A DNA stretch of 64,000 nucleotides. It comes from Leucoraja erinacea. Its lineage: Eukaryota. Positions 38,139 to 50,949 of this stretch are shown here, one piece after another. The notes beneath the pieces were generated by a model. That model had not been told where the DNA came from. It saw nothing but the letters and a program-made list of their open reading frames with translations, and did not search any database. Both the position numbers and the translations under genes were made by a program. Position 1 is the stretch's first letter. Every line of letters begins with the position of its first letter. The stretch spans positions 19,282,001-19,346,000 of the forward strand of contig NC_073400.1 in the NCBI RefSeq assembly GCF_028641065.1. Reading direction: 5' to 3'.

Positions 38139-39177
38139 GTGAGGGAGAGGGTCTGCGACCCGGGCCAGGGGGGGTTTCACCAGAATTTCACATCTCCAGG
38201 AGTGCGTTACAGGCTGCAATCTATGCAAGGGTCTTGTGGGTTTATTTATATTATGACGGTTTCCTAGGATCTAATCCAGGCATTGGGGTTTATGTATAGA
38301 ATATCAGATCACTGGGAATGAATTAAAGGCTGGGATCTAATTGAGAGGTTCGGATTTCATGTTTTGACAAAACATTAATGTTTTAAACTGAACAAAACTA
38401 ACAGATTATGTATAAGTGATGTAACATAGAACAGTACAGGAACCTTCAGCCCACAATGTTTGCGCTAAACATGATGCCAAGTGAAACTGAACTCATCTGC
38501 CTGTACATGATCCATAACCCTCCATTCCCTGCACTTCCTTGTGTGTATCTGAAAGCCTCTTACATGGCGGAGGTCCCAGCACAGATCTCTGCGGAACTCC
38601 ACTGGTCACAGCCAGAATATCTATCTTCCACCACAACCCTCTGTCTTCTTTGAATAAGCCAATTCTGAATCCATGTGACCAAGTCATCATGACTCCCGTG
38701 CATCTTAATCTTCTGGAACAGCCTACCATGAGGGACCTTATCAAAAGTTTTACTAACACAATATCCCACCTTCATCAATCTCCTTTGTCACCGCAGAAAA
38801 TGCAATCAAGTTAGTAAGACACATCCTGCCATTTAGAAAGCTGTGGTGGCTCTCCCTAATTAGCCCATTCCCAAATGGGAGTAAATTCTCATCGAAGATT
38901 TCTCTCCCGTAGTTTCCCAACCACTGATGTGAGGCTCGCCGGCCTATAGTTCCCTGGATTCTCTCTTATTTTCCTTCTTAAATAAAGGAACATCACGGGC
39001 AACTCTCCAGTCCTCCGAGAAGGAACATAGATCCTAATCAAGGCCCCCTCAACAACCTGGGATAGATCCCATCAGACTCTGGGGGCGTCCATCTAAATGC
39101 TCTTCAAGAGCCGAAGCACCGCCTCCATAATCACATAATACATACTTTGTCACTATGACCAAAATAGTGTCAATTAT

Positions 39178-39925
39178 TGGCGGCACGGTGGCCAGCCGTA
39201 GAGTTGCTGACTTACAGCGCCAGAGACCCAGGTTCGATGCTGACTGGGTGCTTGTATGTACGGAGTTTGTACATGCGGAGATTTTCTCCGGGACATCTGG
39301 TTTCCTCCCAGTTGCCAAAGACGTGCAGGTTTGTAGATTAATTGGATGTGTATAATTGTAAATTGACCCTAGTGTGTGTGTAGAATAGTGTTGGTGCGCG
39401 GGGATCGCTGGTTGGCGCGGACTCCCAGGAATGTGTAGGTTAACCTATGATGAGTGTTTGTCGGCACTTTGCCTGTACTCACTGGAGTTTAGAAGAATGA
39501 ACGGGGAACCTCATTGAAGAATAGTGAAAGGCGTGGATGTGGAGAGGATGTTTCCACTAGTGGGAAAGTCTACGACTAGAGGTCATAGTCTCAGAATTGA
39601 AGGTCGGTCTTTTAGAAAGGAGACAAGGAGAAATGTCTTTAGTCAGAGGGCGGTGAATCTATGGAATTCTTTGCCACAGAAGCCAGTGGAAGCTAAGTCA
39701 GTGGATATTTTTAAGGCAGAGATAGATAGGTTCTTGATTAGTACAGGTGCCAGAGGTTATGGGAAGGCAGGAGAATGGGGTTAGGAGGGAGCGATTGATC
39801 AGCCATGATTGAATGGCGGAGTAGACTTGATGGGCCGAATGGCCTAATTCTACTCCTATCACTTGTGACCGTAAGACTCGGTGGGTCGAAGGGCCTGTTT
39901 CCGTGCTGTCTGTCTAAACTAGAAC
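39178..39925 (+). mobile_element. SINE with a nested CR1 3' fragment (about 39425-39874)
   Basis: SINE stops at ...gcggactc and resumes gactcggtggg..., duplicating GACTC around the CR1. Confidence 0.75.
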
Positions 39926-40048
39926 TATATGTTGGGACACTATTGACCCCAATTTGACACTATTTTGGGAGTGAATTACAGGGTGGGATGGACATGAAAA
40001 GTTTACCTTCATTTTCCTTTTTCCTCTTCCTTTCTGTTTCACCTCCAG

Positions 40049-40164
40049 GTTTCTGAGATTGGTTTGGAAAGTGAATTGCTTCCAATCACTTACAATGATG
40101 CTGCAACCAAGAATAGATATCTCTTCGTTGGCGGCAAGCTTTGCAAATTGCCTACTAGTATCAG
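40049..40164 (+). CDS. PPOX: PPOX coding exon 3
   Basis: 116 nt; VSEIGLESELLPITYNDAATKNRYLFVGGKLCKLPTS. Confidence 0.94.
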
Positions 40165-40537
40165 GTAGATGGCCATCGCGATGATCAGCCTTTGGTTCAC
40201 AGTCGCCTACTGCATGGTCGCTCGACCCACCATTGCTCCATCAACCCATCTCGGCCCAGTGCTCCCACCTGTGGTCTGACCCAGGGACACTGATCTCTAC
40301 ACTATCCATTTGTCCTCAAATTCCAGAATGCAACTGATGGGGATTCATGGGGGGGGGGGGGGGGGGGGGGGGAGGGAGGGTCAGAGGTCAGAGGTTGGGG
40401 GTGGTCGAGCGGAGGGTGGGGGGGGGGAGGCTGGGACTGGCTGGGATGGATTTGGTCCTGTGGTAATATCTGGCCACAGTTGGGCTCCCATGGACAGCCT
40501 CGGTGTTGACAGTTTCTTGCCCATCTTCCTTGTGCAG

Positions 40538-40671
40538 GAGTGTGTTCAGCAAGTTACCTCCGTTCTCCCAGCCCCTGGCCTGGAGCCTGGCCCGGGAACC
40601 CCATCCTGCCACGGAGCAAGGAGGAGGACGAGAGTGTGCACGCATTCTTCCCCCACAGGTTCGGGGCCGAG
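40538..40671 (+). CDS. PPOX: PPOX coding exon 4 (apparent +1 frameshift and GG donor as assembled)
   Basis: SVFSKLPPFSQPLAWSLARE, then after the C-run at 40599-40602 in the +1 frame ILPRSKEEDESVHAFFPHRFGAE; donor reads gggaga. Confidence 0.85.
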
Positions 40672-41280
40672 GGGAGAGTCCTCGGAGGAGTAGGGCAGCG
40701 TGTATCCACTGCCAGCAGCCCCCACACCAAGGCCCACTCCCCATCCCCCAGCCCCCCCCCCCCTCACCCCCCCCGACCCCCGCTCCCCCACTCCCCGCTC
40801 CCCCCCACACCGCCCGCTCCCCAGACCCCGCTCCCAGCCATTCTCCCCCATCCCCAACATTCCCCGCCAAGCCCCCTACTCTCTGCACCCCCCTTCCCAC
40901 CACACTACCCTTGCCCCCACCCTGCTCCGCCCCCCTTAGCTCCTACCTCCCAGCCCCCAACTCTGCCCCCCTCACCATACTGCCCTCACCAACACCACTG
41001 TACCTCTCCCAGCCCCCACCTCCCAGCCCTCCCTCATCAGGTGCACCACTCCCCACTGGCCCCCCGTACACTCCGTCCCCCTCCTCCACTGCCCCCCCCC
41101 CCCCCCACATTGCCCGAGCCCCCAACTTGCTGACCCCATTCCTCCAACCCCCATCTCCCAGCCACCTGCCCAACAGCACCATCACTGCCCACTGTTCCGC
41201 CCTGTCCTTTCTCCCCCCCCCCCCCCCCCCCCCACACACACTGCCTTCCACCCCCGTTGCTGACGCTGGCTCTCCCACAG

Positions 41281-41429
41281 GTGGCGGACTATGCGGCGGA
41301 CAGCCTGTGCCGAGGGATCTTTGCTGGTGACAGCCGGAAGCTCAGTGTCCGCTCCTGCTTCCCCCCACTCTTCAAGGCAGAGAGGAGCTGGGGCTCCGTG
41401 CTGCTCGGCATGTTTGGTTGGATCAGGGG
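41281..41429 (+). CDS. PPOX: PPOX coding exon 5 (one base too long for the next exon's phase)
   Basis: [34 protein letters not shown]; 149 nt to gtgagt, whereas 148 would keep frame. Confidence 0.9.
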
Positions 41430-41947
41430 GTGAGTGAGGCCCCCTTCTTCTCTCCGCCCCCCTCCCCCTCGCTGCCTTGCATGTCTCGCCCCCTCTCCGC
41501 CCTTCCCCATCAGCTGCCCGTGCACCCCCCCCATCACATCGCCCCTCCCTACCCCCCCTCTATGTCTTGCCCTGCCTCCCTCCTTTGCCCCCCCCCCCCC
41601 CCATCCCACTCCTCCCTCTCCCTCCTCCTTCCTTCGCTCCCTTCCTCCTCCCTCTCTCCTCCTGGCCTGGCTCCCCTCCTCCCTCCTTCCTTCATCTACC
41701 TCCCTCTCCCCCCCCCCGCCCTACCCTCCCCCCTCCTTCCATCTACATCCCCCTACCTCCCCCTCACCCCCCCCCCCCACCCCCCCCTACCCATCCTCCC
41801 TCTTTCGCCCAGCCCCCCCCTCCTTTGCTCTGCCCCCTTCTTTCCCTCCTTCCTTCACCCGGTCCTCCTCCCACCCTCCCTCCCTCCCTCGCTCTCCCGT
41901 CCCCTCACGCCTCCTGCAACACGAACCTGTGGCCACTGTCTGTGCAG

Positions 41948-42141
41948 CTGTGAAGTGGGACGGAGCAAAGACGGAGGTGATGGAGCGTGCGCGGCGCGAG
42001 GGCTGGGCACAGTGGAGCCTGCGCCGGGGGATGCAGAGCCTGCCCGAGGCCATGGAGGCTGCCTTACGGGCGAAGGGGGTGGAGATCCACCTGCACACCC
42101 CCGTCACCGAATTACGACCCGCTGCCGATGGAGGCTGCCAG
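41948..42141 (+). CDS. PPOX: PPOX coding exon 6
   Basis: ARREGWAQWSLRRGMQSLPEAMEAALRAKGVEIHLHTPV. Confidence 0.93.
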
Positions 42142-42177
42142 GTGGGTGACGTGGAGAGCCGGGTGTTTCATTGGCGG

Positions 42178-43460
42178 ATGTACCCGTCACATCATGTACC
42201 CGTCACATCATGTACCCGTCACATCATGTACCCGTCACATCATGTACCCGTCACATCATGTACCCGTCACATCATGTACCCGTCACATCATGTACCCGTC
42301 ACATCATGTACCCGTCACATCATGTACCCGTCACATCATGTACCCGCCACATCATGTACCCTCACATCATGTACCCGTCACACAACAGTCACATCATGTA
42401 CCCCGCCACATCATGTACCCGCCACATCATGTACCCGCCACATCATGTACCCGCCACATCCCATGTACCCGCCACATCATGTACCCGTCACATCATGTAC
42501 CCAGCACATCATGTACCCGCCACATCATGTACCCAGCACATCATGTACCCGCCACATCATGTACCCGCCACATCATGTACCCCAGCACATCATGTACCCG
42601 TCACATCATGTACCCGTCACACAACAGTCCATCATGTACCCGCCCATCATGTACCCCTTCCATCATGTACCCGCCACACCATGTACCCGCCACATCATGT
42701 ACCCAGCACATCATGTACCCAGCCTCATGTACCCAGCACATCATGTACCCGTCACATCATGTACCCGTCACATCATGTACCCGTCCCATCATGTACCCGC
42801 CACATCATGTACCCGCCACATCATGTACCCGTCACATCATGTACCCGTCACATCATGTACCCGCCACATCATGTACCCGCCACATCATGTACCCGCCACA
42901 TCATGTACCCGCCACATCATGTACCCGTCACATCATGTACCCGTCACATCATGTACCCGCCACATCATGTACCCGTCACATCATGTACCCATCACACAAC
43001 AGTCACATCATGTACCCGCCACATCATGTACCCGCCACATCATGTACCCGCCACATCATGTACCCGCCACATCATGTACCCGTCACATCATGTACCCGTC
43101 ACTCATGTACCCAGCACATCATGTACCCGTCACATCATGTACCCAGCCATCATGTACCCGCCACATCATGTACCCGCCACATCATGTACCCGACATCATG
43201 TACCCAGCACATCATGTACCCACATCATGTACCCGCCACATCATGTACCCAGCACATCATGTACCCGTCACATCATGTACCCGTCACATCATGTACCCGC
43301 CACATCATGTACCCGTCACATCATGTACCCGCCACACCATGTACCCGCCACATCATGTACCCAGCCACATCATGTACCCAGCACATCATGTACCCGCCAC
43401 ATCATGTACCCACCACATCATGTACCCGCCGCACAACAGTCACATCATGTACCCGTCACA
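42178..43460. repeat. 16-bp minisatellite (atgtacccgYcacatc), about 80 copies, in a PPOX intron
   Basis: Direct inspection; explains long stop-free ORFs in all three forward frames. Confidence 0.97.
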
Positions 43461-44298
43461 CAACAATAACAGGCCAGTAAACACAAATCACATACATAAA
43501 TATATAATAATTATAATACAACACATTAACTGTCATATTAGGTAACCAAAGACACAGTCCGTCGAAGATTAAAATAGGCACAAAATGCTGGAGTAACTCA
43601 GCGGGTCAGGCAGCATTCTGGAGAAAAGGAATAGATCGAGATCCTTCTTCAGACTGATGATGAAATGTCACCTATTCCTTTTCTCCAGAGACGCTGCCTA
43701 ACCTATTACTCCAGTATTTTGCGTCTATCTTCAGTGTAAAGCGGCATTTGTAGTTCCTTCTTATATAGAAGATTCATGTTGCTCAGGTTCGTGTTGTGCA
43801 GTGTTCAAGAGCCGGGATGAAGCGGTTCTTGTACCTGGTGGATGGGGTTTTCAGTCTCCTGTACCTTCGTCCTGACGGTCGTAACAAAACGATTCGGTGC
43901 CCAGGGTGGTGTGGGTCTTTGATATTGGCTGCCGCTTGTGTAGATGCCCTTGATGGTGGGGTGGTCAGTAGCTGCGTTGTGCCGGGCGGTGTCCACCATT
44001 CTTTCCTGACCAGTTACTGTCCCTTGTTGCTGGGTGTCTGTTTTACATATCACCCCCAAACTCTTGGATTAGAGCCTGTTCTGTAACCCACTGCTGAGTA
44101 TCTGTTATTCTGTACACAAGCCCCAACCCTGGGTGGGGTGACGGCCTGTAGCCCACTCCCAAGTACGTGTTAATCTGTGTATAAACCCTGACCCCTTGGG
44201 TGAGGTGTCAGCCTGTAAGCCACCCCCAGGGGTCTGTGTATTAGCCCCGATCCTGGGTGAGGTCTCAGCTCTGTCTGATCGGTTTGTGTCTTTGGCAG

Positions 44299-44359
44299 GT
44301 GCTGACAGAGGGAGGGATCCTGGCAGCGGACCACGTTTTCTCTGCACTTCCTGCTGGAG
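44299..44359 (+). CDS. PPOX: PPOX coding exon 7
   Basis: 61 nt; VLTEGGILAADHVFSALPAG. Confidence 0.93.
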
Positions 44360-44454
44360 GTAGGTAGAGTGGTGCAGTGGCGTCTGGCCCCAATCACTGT
44401 GTGTGCCGCCCCTGACCTCTGCTCTCCTCACTCCCCCCCCTCCCCCCCTTGCAG

Positions 44455-44573
44455 TGCTGGGCCCGCTGCTGCCCCCTGCCTGGCGACCGCTGGCACAGGC
44501 CCTGGGCAAGATCGGCAGCGTCTCTGTGGCCGTGGTGAACCTGGAGTACGAGGGACGAGTGCTGCCTGTCACG
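44455..44573 (+). CDS. PPOX: PPOX coding exon 8
   Basis: 119 nt; PLAQALGKIGSVSVAVVNLEYEGRVLPV. Confidence 0.95.
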
Positions 44574-44980
44574 GTGAGCAAACCACCCCCTTCTACACTC
44601 CTCGTTCCATTCTAGCCCACCCCTCCCTCGTTCCCTCCCGCTCCACACCCCCTGGTGACCACTCCACCCTCCTTGCTGGCCCCTTCCACACTCCTCGTGC
44701 CCCACCCAACCGTCCCAATCTCACCCTCGCTCCCACTCCACACAGCACCCCTCCCCGCCCCACTCTCTTCCCCCTCGCTCTCCTTTCCCCACCTTCACCC
44801 CATCTCACTCTCCCCATCCTCTCTCTCTCCCCCCACACTCCTCTCTCTCTCTCTCCCCATCACCCTTCCCCTCCCCGCTCTCACTTTCCCCTCCCCCTCT
44901 CTCCCCCCCCCCCCTCTCACTCTCCCCCCTCCCTCAGTGCCAGTCGTCTAATTCTCCCTCTCTACCGCCCCACCCCACAG

Positions 44981-45094
44981 GGTTTCGGACACCTGATTCC
45001 GTCGGGTGAGTGTGGGGAGATTCTGGGTGTTGTCTACGACTCCTGCAGCACCCCCCAGCATGACCGATCGGGATCACCGACCACCAGACTGACG
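44981..45094 (+). CDS. PPOX: PPOX coding exon 9
   Basis: 114 nt; GFGHLIPSGECGEILGVVYDS...RLT. Confidence 0.95.
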
Positions 45095-47208
45095 GTACGC
45101 ATCCCTGCCGGGTGGGTGGGGACATCAGTGGGCACACTGTCAGGTTCCCCTCTGGATGGGTGAAGTCGTGGGCACTGGGACAGATACCCTCATGGATGAG
45201 GGTGGGTGCATCAATGGGCACTCTGGTTAGATATCCACCAGATGACGGTGGACCAGTGGGCACCGTGCCAGATACCCCACTGGGTGGGTGTGTGTATATC
45301 AGTGTGCACTGACACAGATACATGACTGGGTGGGTGAATATCAGTGGGCACCATGTCAGATACACCACTGGGTGAGGCTATCGGTGGACACTGGGACAGA
45401 TACCCCTCTGGGTGAAGGTGGACCAGTGGATACCCATGTTGTGCTCAGGCCGACCCCAGATTGGGTCCCTATGGCAACAATGGAGGCCATTCATGCTATC
45501 GTTATCCCAACAATGGAGGCCATTCATTGCATCCTGTCTATCCTGCTCTTCCACTCTGTGCCCTGACTACAAGGCCATTGCACAATTTCCTTGTAATTCA
45601 CCCCTCCCCTCACAGATCACCATCAGCTGCTGCCAGATCCTCCCAGAAATGAAAAAAAAACAAAACGTGTGAGGCAAAATGATAGAAGAGTTGTGAATTG
45701 GAAAGCCAGAGGAAGGAATGTTGGGGTTGAGGAGAGGAGGGGGAGGGGGGGGGGGGGGGGGAGGGAGAAGAAAAAGGGTCTGCGTGAGAAGGGGTGGAGG
45801 GGAGTGTTACCTAAAACTTGAGAATTCTGTTCATACCATTACGTACAACCCGGTGAGTTGTGTTGGGTGTCCACACTGGGGTCTCTTCTACACTGGAGGT
45901 ACCGGACACAGGTTGTTGTGGACCGCACGATGGACCGACTGTGCTCAGTCCACAGGGACTGTCACCTCTCACTCTCCAGCCCCCACCAATCTCATCACAC
46001 TGTCTGCCTTGCTGCCCTCTCCCAGCGTATGCTTGAGTACCACCCTAGTCACTGACTTGCTGAGTACAGACACAGATCCTTCGGCCCACCATGTCCCTGC
46101 TGACCATCACGTGCCCATCTATGCACATCCCATCTCCCAACAATGTTCTTCAGCCACCTCTATTTTAGCAATTTAAGTGGTTATCTGGGGACTTTTGTGA
46201 GTCCTTGGCTCGACCACCTCTTCACACTCCAAGCATTGTTTGGCAGAAAATAAATCCTCAGATCCTCAAAACCTCACCTTGAAGCTGTGGTTTCGGACAT
46301 CTCTGAAATGAGATGTTTCCTGCTCTCACCCCTGCTCTGCCTCTCATAATTGCCAGCCTCTTATAATTCCCAGGTCCTGACAGAGGGCACAGGCCCTGGG
46401 CACGACCCTCGCCCCTCTCGGAGGAAGGACATGCAATACTCCAACTGCAGCCTAACCAATGTTATACACTCTTCCACTCTGCGCCCCACAACTACCGAAG
46501 GCCAGCATCCCCCTTCTCCACATGTGCTGTTATTTTCAGGGTTCCTTGGCTTTGTACTCCGAGGTTCCTTTGTTTAGGAAGGAACTGCAGATGCTTGTTT
46601 ACACCAGATAGACACAAAATGCTGGAGTAACTGAGTAGGTCTTAGCCCAAAACGACACCCATTCCTTCTATCCAGAGAAGGATCCTTTGTTCCTCCACAC
46701 CACCTGGAATCCCACCCTCCTACTTTCATCAGACTTCCCAACGTGCGTCGCCCAAGCATGGCGGGATTAAATTCTATCTGCTTGCCCAATTTACCAGCCG
46801 GCCAATCTCATTCTGAAGCTGCCTTGCTGTTAACAACACCACCAATTTTCCTGGCATCTGTAAACTTAATCTCCTGATTTGACTAACTGCAGCCCTCGGA
46901 ACTCGCTATTGAATTCTGATAACGAGCCTTTCCAGTTTGTGCCTCTTGCCCCAGCATGGTTTCCTCCTCTCTCCCCTGCTCACCTTACAGTTTTCATTCA
47001 CCTCTAAGTTTTATGCCAGAGACCAGCACCAGAGCATGTCATTCAATCCTGGCCCCGGCATCATGTTTGGCATAGTGGTGCTGAGAGCCCTGTTCCTGTG
47101 CTGTACTGCCCTGTGTGTCCTACTGGGACAGTTTTTTTCCGTAGATGGGGTCAGTGAGAGATCAGTTGCCGTGGGTTTCCTCTCCCTGACTGGCTCCAAT
47201 CTCGGCAG

Positions 47209-47358
47209 GTCATGATGGGTGGATCGTGGTTCACTGGTGCATTCGGAGACCCACAGAGAGTGTCAAAGGAGCACCTGCTGGAACGAGCCAAGGAGGCAGT
47301 GCAGGAACAACTGGGAATCGCAGGACAGCCACTGACAGCCATCGTCAAAGTGCACAAG
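47209..47358 (+). CDS. PPOX: PPOX coding exon 10
   Basis: 150 nt; VMMGGSWF...AKEAVQEQLGI...VHK. Confidence 0.95.
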
Positions 47359-47524
47359 GTGAGAGGGGGCGGCAGCTCGGCAAAATACGGGGGGGGGGCA
47401 CGGGTCAGACAGCGCAGAGCTCCCTCTACACTGTCCTGTCACATGCTCCCAAGGCACGGATCAGACACAGAGTGAAGCTCACCCCGTTTTTATCTCTAAC
47501 TATTCCCATGTTTTTGGCACACAG

Positions 47525-47567
47525 GATTGTATCCCACAGTATGGAGTCGGACACTGGAAACTCCTGG
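47525..47567 (+). CDS. PPOX: PPOX coding exon 11
   Basis: 43 nt; DCIPQYGVGHWKLL. Confidence 0.94.
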
Positions 47568-48616
47568 GTAAGTGTGTTGAGCTACTCGCAGTGTGTCCAG
47601 GTCTGCCTGTGTCAGCGCCGCACCAGCCCCATGCCCTTGACCTGCCCCCCGCTAACCCCTCAGTGTGACCAGGTCTACTTGAGTCGGCACCACTCCATCG
47701 CACACACTCGACCCCGACCCTCACCGCCAGCCACCAGGCATGACCAGGCACAGAGAAGGACAAATGTGGCATTAAACGTCGTTGATGGATGCACCTTTGT
47801 TGGAGGCACTGTCGTGGCATTGCCCGGGCATGGCCTCCCACGCTGTGCCCACCTACCATCTCTCTGCTCCACAAGCAGCAGACATCACATAGTACTCAAC
47901 ACTGGCAGAATGGCACCCAATCCCCATCTGCCACCAGCCCTCACCGCCCCTCTTCTCCTGCATGAAACTACACCTCTGTCACATCTGGCTGTTCCCCCTC
48001 CTGAACCCCCCCCCCCCCCCCCCCCCCCAGCCTCTGTAACCCCCTCCAGTGGAAAACCTCCCTCCCTGTCTCTATAATCTGTGATGCCAACTTCCCTCCG
48101 TCTCCATATGCCCCCCTTTCTATAACCTTGCTACCCTATACCCACCCCATTGTCTAACTCCCTACTATACCTATACCCCTCCCTGTCTCTGTAACCCCCT
48201 CTGCCCCATACAGCCCCCCCTCCTCCAGCCAGTCTGCCTTCCACCAACTCTGTACCTCTTCACACACCGGCATCATTCCCTATCTCTGCAACGCCCCACA
48301 GCGGTCTGTCTCTGCAGCCACATCCGACCCCTACATCCCTCCTTCCCTCTGTAACAACTTCTGGCCCATACACTCCACCCTCTCTCTGTAACCCAAACCC
48401 CAACGCTGAACCCACCGAACTCTAGTGTCCTGCGACTCTCTGGTAGCTGCGATCTTGCTAGGTCAACACTGGTGACACCCAATCAACCCTGCGGCACTGA
48501 CTAACTACATGTTATCTCTCCCCACACCTCCCTCTTCACCCCTCCCTCTTGCTCTCTACCCTCCCCTCCATCTCTCCTCCCTCCCTCTTGCTCTCTCCTT
48601 CCCCCCCACCCCACAG

Positions 48617-48744
48617 CAGACATCTCCAAGTGGACAGCCAGCCACCGTGTACCGCTGACGCTGCTCGGTGCGTCCTACGACGGCGTGTCGGTCAACGACT
48701 GCATCTACCAGGCCCAGCGCGGGGTGGAGCGGCTGCAGGGGTGA
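48617..48744 (+). CDS. PPOX: PPOX last coding exon
   Basis: HRVPLTLLGASYDGVSVNDCIYQAQR...TGA; NAGNAG acceptor. Confidence 0.95.
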
Positions 48745-49368
48745 GGGACGTCGCCGCCGGTCGCAGGCCTGTCGCCAGCTCACTCTCGCCCCCTGCACGG
48801 ACTCGCCACCTCCACAGCGAGGGATCCTCGGCCCCTGTACCGTTCAGCGTGGGCCGGGCATTACCGGTTTCCCGGGGGACGCGAGCCATGACTCGGCGAG
48901 CAGGGCTGGCACACAGCAGATGCATCGATGCGTAAACCCGCAGCTGCATTCGGCGGCGGAGATGGAGGTGGGGCCGAGGAGCGGCACATACTGTTCAATA
49001 CAGGGAGGTGTGAAGCGAAGCACCGTGTGCGTGTATTATATCGCCTCGACGATCCTCTCGGTCAGATACAGGTGGCGGTAACAAACCCACGCTGCTTTTC
49101 ACGGAACGGTCCATTCACCCGACTGGCCAATTCTTTCCTTCATCTTCATGCCTGTTCCCACCCCGAGGTCACATTGATGGCTCCATAGATCCGCTCATAG
49201 CTAGAACTCTGCAGCTCCATCCGCATCCACCCACCCCCTCCTATCTATCTCTGTAACCCTCTCTCACCCTGACAGCCCTCTCTAGAACTCCGCTCCCCCC
49301 TGTCTCTGTGACCCCTGTACACCGACAAGTCCTGGTCACCCTCTCTCACCCCCCACATCCCTCCCTAC

Positions 49369-49995
49369 TGTCACAGTCTGTCCTCTCCTCATTCTCATCC
49401 ACTTCACCTCCCGGTACTTTTCCACCGGTCCCTCCTTTTCCTCACCTGCCTGCCTGCCACTCCCCTCTCATCAGCCCAACTCTCCTCACCTGTTGCACTC
49501 AGTTGCCTCTGATCACCTATTAACCCGGTATATAGACTCTCCTCACCGTTCACATAGTGCCAGATTGTTCTCAGCATTCATGCAAGACTCTCCAGCGATT
49601 TCCCGACTGCCAACATGGATTCGAACCTGCCTGCCCCTGACCATTCCGTCCTGTCGTCTTCCCGGATATCACCTCAGCCTTCTGTCCCAGACCCCGGCCT
49701 TCGTCCCGTACCTCCTGGTTTCTGTCTGCCTCTCTCCTGGGCTGTTTGGTGTATCCCTGCAACGGCTCCTCGACTTCCTGCCTGGCTTCGACTCTCCTTT
49801 CCACTGTCCCTCGCAGGTTTGTTTGCATCGTGTGTTGGATCGCCTGGTTACCGGACTTTCCGCTACCCCGACCACGTCTCCTGCCTGCCCCTCTTCGGAA
49901 CCCTCGCTCAATCCTGAGCCTCTGTGTGAGTACGGTGTACCCATTCCCGTGTTTCTACTCTGTGCTGCTATTGGGTCCAAGCTATACCCGTTACA
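49369..49995 (+). mobile_element. Solo LTR (Gypsy-like), 627 bp; strand tentative
   Basis: TGTCAC...GTTACA termini with perfect 5-bp TSD CCTAC (49364-49368 and 49996-50000). Confidence 0.8.
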
Positions 49996-50081
49996 CCTAC
50001 AACCCAGCAGCTTCCTTTGCACCCATATCTGTAACCCCGACACACCGCCCTATAACTGGAGCTCCGTCTTTAACCCGCCCT

Positions 50082-50520
50082 TTTTAGAAATACAAATATT
50101 TTTATTCAGTATAAAACAAAAACAAATATTTACAAAAGGGCAACACGATCAAAACCGCCGTTGTGGCAGTTCACCAAACAACGGTTATCAATTTTAAAAT
50201 AATGTCATCCTCAACAGTAATACACTCGGGCCTCTCGCGGCGACCGGCGTCCACAGGAGGCGGCCATAGTCCCCGTGGACACCGCGTCTTCCCTCTCCAG
50301 GGACACGCGAGCCCATAGGCCGGGAAAAGGGACAAGTCGCCGACCCCGGTGTGGCCGGAACAGCGAATGGCCATCTTGGCCAGGCCCAGCTTCCCCCTCC
50401 CCCCTCTGTACCGGGTGCCCAAATATCAGGAGCGTGGGGCTAAAATGTAGCCAAAACCTAAGGAACAGCCCCTTTAGATATTCGAAAAGTGGCTGCAACT
50501 TCTCACACTCCATGTACTAA
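50082..50520 (-). mobile_element. Tx1/L1-clade LINE 3' end
   Basis: ECEKLQPLFEYLKGL..HFSPTLLIFGHP and LGLAKMAI motifs, then AATAAA and an A-rich end. Confidence 0.7.
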
Positions 50521-50949
50521 CCAGCCCTGGGAGAGTTTGCGTGATGGTGCCCTGCTCTCTCGCCGTGTCCTTCACTACAGAGAGAGCTCCGTTGCAAACG
50601 AGCCCACCGCGCTGGGCAACCACTGTTGTGTGTGGCGAGGGTCCTTGCCGCGGTTACACCAGGCAGTCCCCGTGGTGAGGTAGCGAGGTGAAGCTTGCCC
50701 AGACCAGCGCCACCCCATTCACAATCTCTGCATGTGGCCGGCTGGGTCTACCGCTGGATTATGGGAGTCACTGCCTACTGTCAGGCTGTAGAGGGGCCGA
50801 ACGGCCGTCACCTAGCCCAGTAGTTGCAAGAGAGAGGGTGCACGGCTTCCTCTTTCCGCGGAACAGTCTCCGGGGCCGAATGGCCTTGCGCGGCCAATCA
50901 GTGATAGTGTCTCCAGTTACCGGACTGGCCCGGGTGATGAGCCGGCGCT

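Noticed and set aside
40595-40605. Programmed ribosomal frameshift in PPOX
   Set aside because: No slippery heptamer; it co-occurs with other error-like changes next to low-complexity sequence.
42178-43460. CRISPR-like regular repeat array
   Set aside because: Head-to-tail units with no unique spacers, no cas genes, eukaryotic intron.
41434-43545. 703-, 497- and 432-aa His/Cys-rich repetitive ORFs
   Set aside because: They are translations of a stop-free 16-bp intronic minisatellite; only 41948-42141 is a real exon.
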